Source: an uncultured Actinomycetes bacterium
GTDB lineage: Bacteria > Actinomycetota > Thermoleophilia > Solirubrobacterales > 70-9
Reading direction: 5' to 3'
Length of the DNA: 64,000 nt
Assembly: GCA_963728325.1 (NCBI GenBank)
Contig: CAVSJS010000007.1
Coordinates: 113,943 to 177,942, forward strand
Shown here piece by piece: positions 1-10,823 of the stretch. The stretch's first letter is position 1. Each line of letters begins with the position of its first letter. Under the pieces are notes generated by a model, which had not been told where the DNA came from, searched no databases, and was given only the letters and a program-made list of their open reading frames with translations. The translations under genes and the position numbers were made by a program.

Positions 1-1280
1 ACGTCGACCTCCGGGAGCGAACTGGCGAACTGCCTCGCGCTCGGCCGGGTTGTCATCGACGAACACCAGCGAATCGAGGCCGATGTCGAGCGCGCCGGCG
101 ACTGAGCGCAGCTGCTCGGGCTTGGGGCGCCAGTCGGCGACGAAGACGGCGATGTCGTCGAGACCGATCCGCATCTCGGGATGGCGCTCGAACACCTCTC
201 GTGCGTCGGCCTCGTTGTTCTTCGAGCAGACAGCGAGGATGATGCCTCGCCGCTTCAGCGCCAGGATCGACTCCTGGAACGCCTGGAACGCCTCTCCTTC
301 GGGGGTGCCGCCGAGGCTTGATGCCGCTCAGGCCATCCTCGCCGATGATGCCGCCCCAGAGCGTGTTGTCGAGGTCGAGCACGAGGCACTTCTTGCCCAG
401 CCCGAGCTGGGCGGCGATCACGGCTGCCGTGTGCCGTGCGAGCAGCGGCAGCGCGCCCGAGCGCGACCGCCTGCTTCGCCAGATGCCAGTAGCGGGCATC
501 GAACCAGCGTCGCTTGCCGACGAGCGCCGCCAGTCGCTCGCAGTCGACCATCGCCACGTGGTCGGGGGCGGAGGCCGCGAGCTGGGCGTTGACCGCCTGG
601 GAGGCGACATAACGAGATCCCGGCAGCGTCGAGCCCAGGTGCCCGAACGGCGCCTCCGGCGGGAGTGCGAAGAGGTGCTGGACGACCGTTGCATTGCGAC
701 CGGCTGCCGAGCGTGCGCCACAGCGACTGCCAGCGCTCGACCTCCGCGGCGACGTCGGCTTCGGGAGAGGTGCTGTAACCGGGCAGAGCGAGCTCGCCCT
801 CGTGCATCGCCAGCAGGACGAGGTCGGGTGAGAACTCGTACATCGCGCTCGCGGGATCGATGATCTCCTGCCGGTACTGGCCGTACGGGCTCTCGTAGAG
901 CTCGAGCGCGACTCCGAAGCGGAGCGAGGCGAGCCAGAGCAGGTCGCGAGCTGACTGGTCGTGTAGCTGCCGAGCAGCGCGAGTCGCGCCGTACGCCGGG
1001 GTGTCTCGCCCGCGTCCGCGGTCCGGCGTGCGATCGCGGCGGCGGCCTGCCAGGCGGTGAAGTCGCTCGCGGAGTCCGCAACCCGCAGCGCCCAGCACAG
1101 CGCCTGACGACGATCCCCGAGCTGCTCGTAGCAGCGGGCGAGCCTCAGGCAAAGGGAGAGCTCGGGTGTCTCGCCTGCGCCCTTCTCGTAGGCAACGACT
1201 GCCTCCTCGAGCCGACCGGCCCCAGCCAGCCTGTCCGCGCTATCGATGAACGATTCGGCCCGGTGCGTTCCCCCGCGCAC
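1..1280 (-). pseudogene. FkbH-like HAD-superfamily (IIIC) phosphatase-domain protein with a TPR-like N-terminus. The C-terminal end runs off the window. The reading frame changes at least 4 times as assembled.
   Basis: Pieces from three frames join into one protein. They are the TPR-like start (ORF 255..1280), LASLRFGVALELYESPYGQYRQEI (ORF 418..1152), KCLVLDLDNTLWGGIIGEDG = HAD motif I in FkbH context (ORF 53..1081), and RGIILAVCSKNNE...VFVDDNPAERE in an untracked frame at 1..330. Confidence 0.6.
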
Positions 1281-1396
1281 AACTCCCCTTGATGAAGCAG
1301 CTATGCGCAGCAGACTAGCTCACCCCGGGGTCAACAATGATCGGTAGGGCGTCGCTGCATGGGTATCAAGGCCCAAGTGGCGCCAAACCCTGCCTC

Positions 1397-1402
1397 TAGG
1401 AT
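1397..1402 (+). promoter_or_regulatory. -10-like hexamer TAGGAT, 9 nt upstream of ATG 1412 with no Shine-Dalgarno. Candidate leaderless or very short-leader promoter.
   Basis: CCCTGCCTCTAGGATGCGCTGACGATG resembles CCCTGCCTAGAATCGCTGCGATG upstream of the gene at 22840. Confidence 0.3.
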
Positions 1403-1411
1403 GCGCTGACG

Positions 1412-3395
1412 ATGGCGAGGCGAGTGCTCGCAGCAGGGGTCCCCCTCGTCCCGGGGGCACTGGTCGTCTACTTCGCCTTCAATGCCGGCGGCTTCTTCCC
1501 GAACACGCAGGCTCTCGTTGCGATCGGGCTCCTGTTCGGCCTTGCCGCTTGGGTCGCCTTCGCTGATCGGCCTTTCGCGGGCCTCAGCCCGGCGCTAGCG
1601 GTAGCCGCGGTGGCGTTTGCAGGCTACGCCGCCTGGACTCTCGCCTCGGGGCTTTGGTCGGAGTCCACGTCGAGAGCGCTGCTCGAGTTCAACCGAGTGC
1701 TTCTCTACCTGGTTGCGCTCTTGCTCTTCGGCCTCGCGGTTCGACGGACGGGACAGCTCCAAACGCTGGTCTGGGGTCTGGTTTCGGGGATCGTGGTCGT
1801 CTGCACGATCGGCCTGACAACGCGACTGCTCCCGGACGTTTGGCCCATAGGCCGTGACCTCGTCAACGACCGGATGAGCTATCCCGTTACCTACTGGAAC
1901 GCGCTCGGGCTGCTGGCCTCGCTGGGGATCGTCTTCTGCCTGCAGATGACCACCCGGGCCCGCGGATCGCGAATCACGAGGGTGTTGGGCGCCGCCGCGA
2001 TTCCGCTGCTGGCGACGACCGTCTACTTCACCTTCTCCCGCGGCGCGATTCTCGCCGGGGGGCTCGGGGTTGTGGCCTACCTGGTGGTCGCGAGGGCACG
2101 CGGGACCGTGAGTGGCCTGCTCGCAACCGTTCCGGCCGCGGCCATCGCCCTCGTCGTCGCCTATCAAGCCGACGTCCTCGCCACCGAGCACCCCGCCAGC
2201 GAAGTAGGTACCTCACAGGGCCATCACGTGGCCAAGGTCCTTGCCGCGTGCGTCGTCGGGTGCGGCGCTGGCTCGGCTTGTCCTGCTGTGGCTCGATAGG
2301 TGGCTCGCGAGCAAGCGGCGCATCCTGGACGCGAGGGCGGCGCTCCTGGCGGGCGCCGGAGCGCTCGTCGCTGGGGTGGTCGTCGCGTTGGCGCTGGGCG
2401 CCCCTGGCTGGGTATCGCTGCAGTACGACCGCTTCACCGGAGACGCGCCGCTGAATGAGGGCACCCAGGGCAGCGGCCAGACGGACTTCCGGCGGCGGCT
2501 GACCTCCGTCAGCAACAACGGGCGCATTGACCTTTGGGGCGTCGCCCTGGACGAGTACAAGCAAGCGAAGCTCGCGGGGCCGGGCGCCGGCACCTTCCAG
2601 CTTGCCTGGGAGCGGGAGCGCAGCTTCCCGGGACCCGTGATCGACGCGCATGGCCTCTACCCCGAGGCCCTCGGCGAGCTGGGCCTGGTCGGGCTGGCGC
2701 TCCTGGCCACGGCGCTCGTCGCGATCCTGGTCGGCCTTGCGCTGGGGGTCCGCGGCCGCACGCGGACCCTGTATGCGGCGCTGTTGGCCGCAGCGCTCAC
2801 CTGGGCGTTTGCCACGGGCATCGACTGGCACTGGGAGATGCCTGTGGTGACGCTGTGGCTGTTCGCGGCGGGGGGAGCCGCAATCGCCGCTCGAGCCGAG
2901 CGGCCGTCGAGGTTCGCGGCGCCCGCGATGCCGGTCCGCCTCGCCGTGGCGATTCCGCTCGTCCTGCTCGCCGCCCTCCCCTACCAGATCCTCAGCTCCC
3001 AAGCCTGGCTCGATCGGGCCAAGGCTGCCTTCTTCGACGGCGACTGCGCGGCCGTCATGGCCGACGCCCGCTCGTCGATCTCGGCGCTCGGCTCCCGCCC
3101 CGAGCCCTACGAGCTGCTCGGCTACTGCGCGATCAGGGAGGGCCGCCCGCGGCAGGCGATCGACGACATGAAGCAGGCGATCGACCGCGACCCCGAGAAC
3201 TGGAACTTCCACTACGGCTTGGGGTTAGCGCGGGGGGCGGCCGGGCTCGACCCGCGTCCAGAGTTCCGCCGGGCCAAGGATCTGAACCCGCTCGACATCC
3301 TCGCCCAAGACGCCGTGCGGCGCTTTCACACCGATCGGCCCGGCACGTGGAAGCGCCGCGCCAATCAGCTTGCGCGGCGCTTTACGAGCCTCTGA
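1412..3395 (+). pseudogene. O-antigen ligase/polymerase family (Wzy_C-type) polytopic membrane protein with a C-terminal TPR-like region. One frame break as assembled.
   Basis: Many hydrophobic spans, TVYFTFSRGAILAG loop motif and a TPR-like tail (AIDDMKQAIDRDPENWNFHYGLGLA). ORFs 1412..2299 and 2241..3395 join if one G is removed from CGGG at 2257..2260. Confidence 0.6.
3348..3395. repeat. 48-nt GC-rich hairpin element (REP-like), copy 1. It encodes the last 15 codons and the stop of the 1412..3395 ORF.
   Basis: AAGCGCCGCGC / GCGCGGCGCTT inverted arms followed by ACGAGCCTCT. 42 of 48 nt are identical to 12946..12993. Confidence 0.65.
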
Positions 3396-3416
3396 GGGAC
3401 TGGCCAGATCCTCGCC

Positions 3417-4382
3417 TTGCTGATGGGTGTTGGTCGGCTGACGCCGGCGCTGCGAGCGGCGGCGCTAGCCATGCGCGTCGACGTGGTGACGGCCGATGTC
3501 GTCGGGCGGCTTCGAGCCGCGGGCGTGCGCCCCATCCTGCTGAAGGGCCCCTCGATTGCTGCCTGGCTGTATGGAGACGAGTCCCGATCGCCCCTACAGG
3601 GACACCGACCTGCTGATTTCTCCCGAGGCGGTCCGCCCGCATCGAGTGCCCTTCGCGCGAGCCGGCTTTCGCGGAGCAGCCAGGCGTGAGCTCCCAGACC
3701 TGGTTTCGCAGGTCGGACCGAAGCATCGTGGACCTGCACGACACGCTGTTCGGGATCGAGGCCGCGAAGCAGGACGCGTGGCTCGGTCCTCTCGCAGGCA
3801 ACCGAGACCATGCGGATCGGCGGGCTTGAAGTGGAGACCCTGGGCCAACCGGCCAGGCTCGTCTACGTCGTCCTCCATGCAGCTCAACACGCGAGCCATC
3901 GCTTCGAGCAGCCACGGAAGGACCTGGCCCGCGCGCTGCACCTCGTCGCGCAGAGACTTGGCACCAGGCGGCCGGGCTCGCGGACCGTTTGCAGGCCAAG
4001 CCGACCTTCGCCGCAGGCCTCCGGCTGGACCGGGAGGGGCCCGGCTGGCGGACCGGATGGGCCTGCCGGCCGACCGCCCGCTGATGCTCTCGCTGCGCGA
4101 GCGGGACGCGGGCCCGTTCCTGGTCACCCTCGAGCGGCTGGCGACCGCGCCCGGGTCGGCGCCCGCCTCCGACTGCTTGCCGGGCGAGCTGCACCGCCAC
4201 CGGACTACATGCGCTGGCGGTATCCAGCGCTGGCGGCGCGAGGGCGGGCGGGCTTGGCGCTCGCCTACCTGTGGCGCCCGTTCTCGACCGCCCTGCGGCT
4301 GCCGGCCGCGATCGTCGCCTGGCGGCAGGCGCGACAGCGGGGCGCGATCGGTCGCGCTGAGCGGAACTCGCTGTTACCCTGA
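3417..4382 (+). pseudogene. Nucleotidyltransferase family protein (NTP_transf_5-like), split over three frames as assembled
   Basis: RPILLKGPSIAAWLYGDESR / PYRDTDLLISPE (two frames), IVDLHDTLFG, and LVYVVLHAAQHASHRFEQPRKDLARAL. This matches the LKG..Y....R...D.DLL ... DLH ... H..H pattern of that family. Pieces lie in ORFs 3417..3689, 3556..4593 and 3810..4382. Confidence 0.5.
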
Positions 4383-4431
4383 ATCCGGTGTCGCGACGGC
4401 CGTCACTCGTCGAGGCGGAACAGCAGCCAGC

Positions 4432-5093
4432 ATGGTGCACGGCAGGGGACTACCGGGGGGAAGCGAGGGCGCGTCGCCGTGCTCGCCTGCTGGTCGCCTT
4501 GGCGATCGCCGGATGCGGCGGGGACGACGAGAACGAGGCCTCGACGACGGCCCCCACGACGCCGCACGCCTCTACGGCCCCCGCGAAGCCTGATTCCAAG
4601 AAGTCGGCGACTCCAAGAAGTCGGACTCGAAGAAGGCCGGCTCCAACGCGTCGGACTCCAACACGTCCAGCTCCAAGAAGTCCGGCATCGCCGGAGAAAA
4701 CGACGACGACCGCCCCGCCGGACGGCACCCCGGTCGGCACGGTGCCGAGCGGATGCGGGTCCCGGGGCCGACGAACAGGCCGTGGTCCGCACGGTTAGCG
4801 CGTACCTAGTTCGATCGCGCGCGGCGACGGCGCCCAGGCATGCGCCCAGCTGACGCCCGAGGGGCAGCGCGCCGTGGAGCGGGAGGTGGCCAGGGCCGCC
4901 CCCGAGACGAAAGGGTCCCCGTGCGACGGCCTCGATCGTGCTGTATCAGAGCACCTACCGCCGCGCTGCCGGAGGCGTCCGGGTCACGGACGTGCGCGTG
5001 GCGGGCGACCGCGCGAAGGCGGTGGCGCTCGACAACGCGGCGAGCCTCGTCAAGCACGACCGTACCTGGCTGATCGCCAGATACGGGCTCTGA
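4432..5093 (+). pseudogene. Putative lipoprotein with a Ser/Lys-rich linker and a small C-terminal domain. Frame breaks as assembled.
   Basis: Lipobox LLVALAIAGCGG. It is reachable from ATG 4432 only if the G6 run at about 4453 is shortened. The C-terminal piece VLYQSTYRRAAGGVRVTDVRVAGDRAKAVALDNAASLVKHDRTWLIARYGL ends at TGA 5091..5093. Confidence 0.35.
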
Positions 5094-5101
5094 ATGCCGG
5101 A

Positions 5102-5269
5102 TCAGACCTGCGAGCCGTCGTTGAACAGCTCGTCGGTGGGAGCCTGTCCCTGCTGCGTCAGCTCGGCAAACGTGCCGAGCACGACGATGGTCGGGGCCTC
5201 GTACCCGCCTGACTCCCCCTGCGGCCCATTCGCCGGGCTGACCTGGCTCTCGCCGAAGTCGGATCTCAT
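5102..5269 (-). CDS. Lasso peptide precursor candidate (55 aa)
   Basis: MRSDFGESQVSPANGPQGESGGYEAPTIVVLGTFAELTQQGQAPTDELFNDGSQV. The stretch YEAPTIVVLGTFAELTQ fits the lasso leader motif YxxPxLx3Gx5Tx (I for L). GGGAG lies 6 nt upstream of the ATG. The ATG overlaps the cyclase stop (ATGA). Confidence 0.6.
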   Translation of the reverse strand: MRSDFGESQVSPANGPQGESGGYEAPTIVVLGTFAELTQQGQAPTDELFNDGSQV

Positions 5270-6997
5270 GTGTTCTCCCTCTGAACTCTTGAGCGCCCGC
5301 CCCGCGAGCGCTCGAACGCGTTGGCAAAGGCTACCAGTTGGCGGCCCCTGTGTACATCCCAATACGGAATCTCACCCTTCGGCGGCCAGCCAGGGGCGAG
5401 AACGGAGTCGAGCGCGCCCGGGATCTCGCCCGACCACGGCATGGGTTCCGCTCCCACGGGGTGGACCCGGGCGCCCCTTGTCGGGTCGCTCGAGGTTGAC
5501 CGCCGGCACGTCACCGGCGAGGGCGGCGCGCAGCAGCCGCTTGGTCCCCGGGCCGACCAGCTCCGAGGGATGGCACTCGAAAGCCCAACTCGAGCAGCTC
5601 TCTGGTCACGAAGGGAAAGCTCCGCCGCACGCCGAGCGAGCTCGTCACCTCCCAGTGCATGCCCAGGAACCCCTGACGCTCCAGGAACATCGCGAGGTAC
5701 GGCATCGGCCCGTCGTCGCGTGCGGCCGCGCGACGACGGTCGCGCAACCAGTCCTGATACTCGTCGCGAAGCTCCGGCCGGACGAGCGCCGGCAGCTCCG
5801 CGGGCCAGGGCACGGGCGGGCGCCGCAGGGCGCGGCTCAGCCGGTAGACGAACCAGCTACGGATGTCGGCCGGGCCCGTGGGAAGCGCCCGGCGCGCGCC
5901 CCAGAGCCCGCTGAGCGTCGTGTGGCGGGCCCAGTCGCGCAGGGTGAGCGTCGAGCCGACCGTGTGGTCGGCGAACTCGCCGCCGACCAGCACGGACACG
6001 GGCGATTCGCTGGTCACAGACGGCAGCAGGCAGAGGTAGGGCATGGGGACGTGGAAGGGGACACGCGGCTCGTCGAGCAGGGCGAGGCGGCGCTCACGGT
6101 CGACGGTCACCATCGTGCGGTGGCGAAACCCGACGGCCTCCGTCAGCGCGTCGACGTATCGGAGGTCCCGGGCTCGCGCCGCCTCGTCGTCGGAAAGCAC
6201 GGTCAGCGTGCTGACCTCGCGGCCCAGTGTGCCCGCGGCAAGCGCTCCCACCGCCGACGAGTCCACGCCGCCGCTCAGCGCGAGGAGGTTCTCGCCTGTC
6301 GGGTCGAGTTCGCGCTCCAGCGTCCCGAGGAGCGCCGAGCGCAACCGCTCGGCATGATCGGCGGCGGGTCGTGGCGCCGCGCCTTGGCGAGGATGCCACC
6401 AGCGGCCGAACGCGGCGCGTCTCTCCGCCTAGCCGCACGTACTCTCCGCGCCCCAGGAGCCGCACCCCGGCCACGAACGTGCGTCGGTCGGGCGCCGCGT
6501 CGTAGCCAGAGGTCAAGATCGCATTGACCAGCGGGTCGAGCCCGAGGTCCTCCGTGTGGAACCGCAGCAGGTGCGCGAGCGTCGTGGCCACCGTCCAGCG
6601 CTCGCCTTCGCCCGCGACGTAGAAGGGCACCAGGCCGCCGGCGGAGCGGACCACCGTCGCCTCGCCGCGCCGGCCGAAAGTGCACCAGGCCGAAGTCCCC
6701 GGGCAGCTCGTCGAGGCCCTCGGGCCGCTCGGCGACGAGTCGCGCGACCTCCTCCCAGCCGAGTCCGGATGCGGCGAGCTCGTCGCGTCCCTGCGCGAAG
6801 GCCAGGCCGGCGGCGCGAACGGGCTCGCCGTCCGGCGAGCTGCCGGGCAGGCGGCTGACCGCCACGAGCCGGCCCGGGGCGGGGCTCCAAGGAGGATCGA
6901 AGGCGCCGCTCGCCTCGATCCGCTCGCGAACGGCGAGCAGCTCCGCGGGGTCCGGGGTCGCGACGGCGAGCAGGTTGGCAAGGGGCCGGAGGCTCAC
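5266..6997 (-). pseudogene. Lasso peptide cyclase (asparagine synthetase-like, LasC type). At least 4 frame breaks as assembled.
   Basis: LLALSGGVDSSAVGALAAG PP-loop (ORF 5511..6344). N-terminal pieces are in ORFs 6275..6997 and 6094..6981. The C-terminus (KRLLRAALAGDVPAVNLERPDKG ... PWSGEIPGALDSVL) needs a T removed at 5580..5582 and a G removed at 5474..5477. GTG 6997 overlaps the kinase stop. Confidence 0.7.
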
Positions 6998-7968
6998 CGC
7001 GGTTGGCCGCCCTGAGGCTCGAGCGCGCCGGCCGCGGCCAGCGCATCGCGCAGGGCATCAGGGAGGCCGGGGTCTTGGAGGCGTCCCTGGGGCAGCTCCG
7101 CGCTGAAGGCGGGTACGACCTCGCGCGATCCACGCGCAGGCGACGAAGTGCGCGCGGACCGGGTCCAGGGCGCGCCAGCCGGTCACTCGCGGGCAGCGCA
7201 GGAGCGAGCTCCAGCGCCCGCCGCGCGGGCAGCCGGGCCACCGAGGGTCGGCGCGCCCCGCGCGGCCAGCTCGGGAAACACGATCGCGCCGAGCCGCGTC
7301 GATGTCGCCGGTCGCCGGACGGGCTTCTACCGCGACCCGGCCGTCCGCCGTCGTGCCTGTCGCTCCCCCAACGTGATCGGCGATCGCCGCGGCCTGCGGG
7401 CGCAGCCGCAGCTCGTGCGGGCCGTGGTGGATCAAGCGGCGCGCCCTCGCGATCCTCCACCCGCGCCGCGTCGTCGCCGACGATCGCTCCTCCCGCGGCG
7501 CAGAGCAGCGCCGCCGCCGTCGACTTCCCGGCCCCCGTCGGTCCCACGAAGGCGATGGCCGCACCATTCAGCTCTACCGCGCTGGCGTGAAGGACCGCGG
7601 CTCCACGAAGGCCAAGCACGATCGCCAAGAGGTTGCCGGCCAGGAGCACCGGGATCATCGCTTCCCCGCGCCCGGGCGCCGGTCGGGCGACGATCGTCAC
7701 CGCGGGCGAGGTCGACCTCGAACTCCCCCGTGGCGAAGAAGCGGACGGTCAGCGCATCGCCCCGCAGGGCGGCCGCGTAGCGCGCACCCGGTCCCTCCAG
7801 CGCCGCTACGAGCTCCCCGGGCGGAATCGACTGCTCAGGTCGCGTGGGGGCGTCGAGGTGGACTTCGAAGTCAACCGTCCCATCCGCGACGCTGGCTGCG
7901 CCGGGCACCGCAACGTCGCCGCGCAGCCGCAGGCCGTGCAGGAGCTGCGTGGGACCGCTCGCCATCAC
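6994..7968 (-). pseudogene. HPr kinase-like P-loop protein of the type found in kinase-containing lasso clusters. At least 2 frame breaks as assembled.
   Basis: LHASAVELNGAAIAFVGPTGAGKSTAAALLCAAG (ORF 6513..7700 frame) matches the HprK C-terminal domain P-loop context. N-terminal piece is in ORF 7432..7968 and the C-terminal piece in ORF 7058..7567. The stop overlaps the cyclase start (GTGA). Confidence 0.6.
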
Positions 7969-7998
7969 GGAAAGTTTGACGGCCCGAGAGGGAGCGTT

Positions 7999-8830
7999 CT
8001 AGTCGCAGTAGGCGAAGGCAGTCAGCTTGGGGTGGCCGATGACCGCAAAGGCGATCGCCTGCCAGCCGCGCTCGCCCGAGCGCCTCGATGCGTGGACGAT
8101 GCCGATGTCGTCCGTGTCGAGCTCGTCCACGGCCCGCGAGAACTCGGCCTGGAAGCCGCCGGAGCGCAGTTCCTCCGTTTGCTTGCACTGCGCAACCACC
8201 GACTGGTTGAACCGCACGGTCTGGCTTGTGGTGATGGCCTTACTCCTCAACTTCAATCCGGGTTCATGCGGGTCGCAGTAGACGAAGGCGGTGTACTGAC
8301 GAGGATCGGCGCCCGGGTTGTACGAAGGCCACCCTCCAGGTGCGTATGTCGGTGCGCCTCGAGGTCATCAGGTAGCTGTTCGCGTCCGGAGCGTCGAAGC
8401 CACCCGACACAGCCTCCTCCCCGAGCCCGCACTGCGCGCTGGCCCCGCGCGCACTGCCGCCTGGAACGGTGAACTGCGCCGACCTGGTTGTCAGCGCCGG
8501 GGTGGGCTGATCGCAGTAGACGTACGCCGTGGCCGTTCCGTCCCCGCCGGGGTTTCGGACTCGAAGACGCCAGCCGCGACTTCCCTCACGGGTCGAGTCG
8601 AGCGCCGCCATCGCTGGCCCCTGCTCCGTCAGGGGGGCGTAGAACCCGCCCGAGACAGCCGTCTGGCCGCACGTCGCGACCCGCTGGCGCGTCTCGCTCC
8701 CCGCCACATCGAAGCTGTTCGACTGCACGTTCAGCGCCGCAGCTGCCAGGCCGGCTGTCGCCAAGAGAGCGGCGCCGCTGGCCGCCACCAGGACTGCGGT
8801 CGCTCGCCGCCGGTTGGCTCCCAGGCGCAT
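7999..8830 (-). pseudogene. Secreted protein built from three ~85-aa Cys-framed modules, family unknown. One frame break as assembled.
   Basis: Signal-like RRRATAVLVAASGAALLATAGLAAAA. The pattern C...SGGF...GW...(Y/F)(V/A)YCD occurs three times. ORFs 8264..8830 and 7999..8256 join if one G is removed from CCCGGG at 8312..8317. Confidence 0.5.
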
Positions 8831-8841
8831 GGCAGGACGCC

Positions 8842-10249
8842 CTAGAACTCGCAGCTACCGTTGACCGTGTCCGCGCCGTCGGGGACGTTTGTGTCGGTGC
8901 CCCCGTTGGTGCAGTTGATCGTGTCGGCCCCGCCCTCGCCGTTGAGGAAGTCGCCGAAGGTGCTGTCGGTGAGGGTGTCGTTGCCGAGTCGTCCGAATAG
9001 CGACACGGCCTGGTCGGCGGCTGTCGCGTTGATCGTGTCGCCGCTGGAGTTCCCGATCACCCGCTCGATGTCGCCGTTGACGTTGTCGCCTGTGTTGCCG
9101 AAGCCGTCGTTGTCGTCCGCGACGTCATCGAGGTCGACGCTGATCCCTCCTCCTCCGGTGAAGGGGAACCCGTAGGTCACCGTGTCGAAGCCCGCGGCAC
9201 CCGTCGTCCCGTCACCATTGAAGATGTCGTTGCCCTCGCCGCCGCCCATGAAGTCGGCGCCGTTGCCGCCGGAACAGGTGTTGGGATCGCCGTTGAGAGT
9301 GTCGGTTCCGGTCGCTGTGCCGTTGGCGCTACTGGGATCGCCAGCGAAGGTGTTCGCGAAGCAACTCCCGGTGATCGTGTCAGCGAGTGGTGCTCCCGGT
9401 GACGGACTCGACCGTGTCCCGGACGTTGCTGTCGTCGGACCCCGTGTCTGCGCAGCTGTCGTCGTTGGCGACGTTGTCCATGGTGATGTTGATCGCCTGC
9501 GCCGTGCAGGTGTAGGTGTGGCCGGTGATGATGCCGAACACGACCCGGTCGATTCCCGAGCCGCCGTCGAGGTCGTCGTCATCGTTGCCGTTCGGTCCTC
9601 CGTCCAGCCGGTCGTTCCCGGCGTCGCCGTTGAGGTCGTCGTCATCAAGGTCACCGATCAGCGTGTCGTTGTCGTTACCGCCGTTGAGCGTGTCGTTCCC
9701 CTCACCGCCGCTGAGCGTGTCGGTCCCGTCGCCACCGTTGAGCGTGTCGTTGTTGTCGCCGCCGTTGATTGTGTCGGCGCCGGGCCCGCCGCTAAGGATG
9801 TCGTTCTTGCGCTCGCCGTCGATGGTGTCACCCTGGGAGCCGCCGGTGAGGGTGTCAACGCCATCACGCCCGGGAAACGTCACCGGAACCAGGGTGACGC
9901 CCGAGGCATTGCCGGTGTCGGCGGTGTTGCCCGTGCCGAGGTCGAGCACGATCGATGTCACTCCGGCATTGCTGCAAGTAAGGGTGTCGCCCGAGGGTGC
10001 GTTGCAGCCGCCGCCATTGGTCGGGTTGACGCTCGTATCCGTGAACACGAAGTTCCCGGCGGATTCGGTGACGGTGAGGGTGTTCGTCGTAGAGTCGCCC
10101 AGGAACGTGATGGTGCTCCCGGACTTGGTCACGGACCCGGCCGAAGCGACGGCGGGAACGGCGGCGAGAGCCGCGAGCGCCAGCGCGACGGTCAGCCCTG
10201 CGCGCCGATAGGCGCCTCCGTCACGACGACTCATGCTGCTCGACGACAT
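8842..10249 (-). pseudogene. Secreted calcium-binding, RTX-like (GGxGxD nonapeptide) repeat protein. One frame break as assembled.
   Basis: Signal LTVALALAALAAVPAVASA. Repeats run LTGGSQGDTIDG..LSGGPGADTINGGDNNDTLNGGDGTDTLSGGEGNDTL. ORFs 9380..10249 and 8842..9654 join if one base is removed from CCCGG at 9395..9399. Confidence 0.6.
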
Positions 10250-10545
10250 CTCGACCTCCGTAGCGCGATTCGCATCATCCTGGGCACTCCACCCCTTATA
10301 CGCCTAATGCCCCTATTACGAACGAGCCGCCCTGATCCCGACTAGTGATCTGGCCCTTGCGGGCGCCTCAGCGCCGGAAACCCGAGCGTAGCCCCTATCC
10401 GTCACCGAGCGTAACCCCTATCCGTCCCGGATGGATCGGCGACGACGCGGAGTTAGCCCAAAATCAGCAGCCGATTACCCGGAATCGGGTAGAAAGCTCA
10501 TGGCCGAATCGGCCACCACCCCGGAATCGGGGGAGACGAGGCGTC

Positions 10546-10812
10546 TTAGTCCTCCAGCAGGTCGTGGGTTGCCAGCTCGGAGAGGAAGGCGTCGACGTCT
10601 GATTCGGCGGTTTCGCGGCTGACTCCGCAATCCGCACACAGCCGCTCGACGAGCTCGTCGCGGCTCGCGCCCTCGACCAGCGCCGGCCACAGCGTGGCGC
10701 CGCTCGGGTTGATTGCCAGGTACAGCGAGCGGCGCAGGTCGAGGGCGACGATCTCGCCCTCCACGGTGCGCCACTCGAGCGCGTCGGCGCGGACTCGCAG
10801 ACGCTCAGCCAT
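10546..10812 (-). CDS. PqqD-family protein = lasso B1 (RiPP recognition element)
   Basis: 88 aa. EGEIVALDLRRSLYLAINPSGATLWPALVEGASRDELVERL...DVDAFLSELATHDLL is the typical PqqD/RRE pattern. It lies 11 nt after the B2 gene. Confidence 0.75.
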   Translation of the reverse strand: MAERLRVRADALEWRTVEGEIVALDLRRSLYLAINPSGATLWPALVEGASRDELVERLCADCGVSRETAESDVDAFLSELATHDLLED

Positions 10813-10823
10813 GCGCCGGGAGG

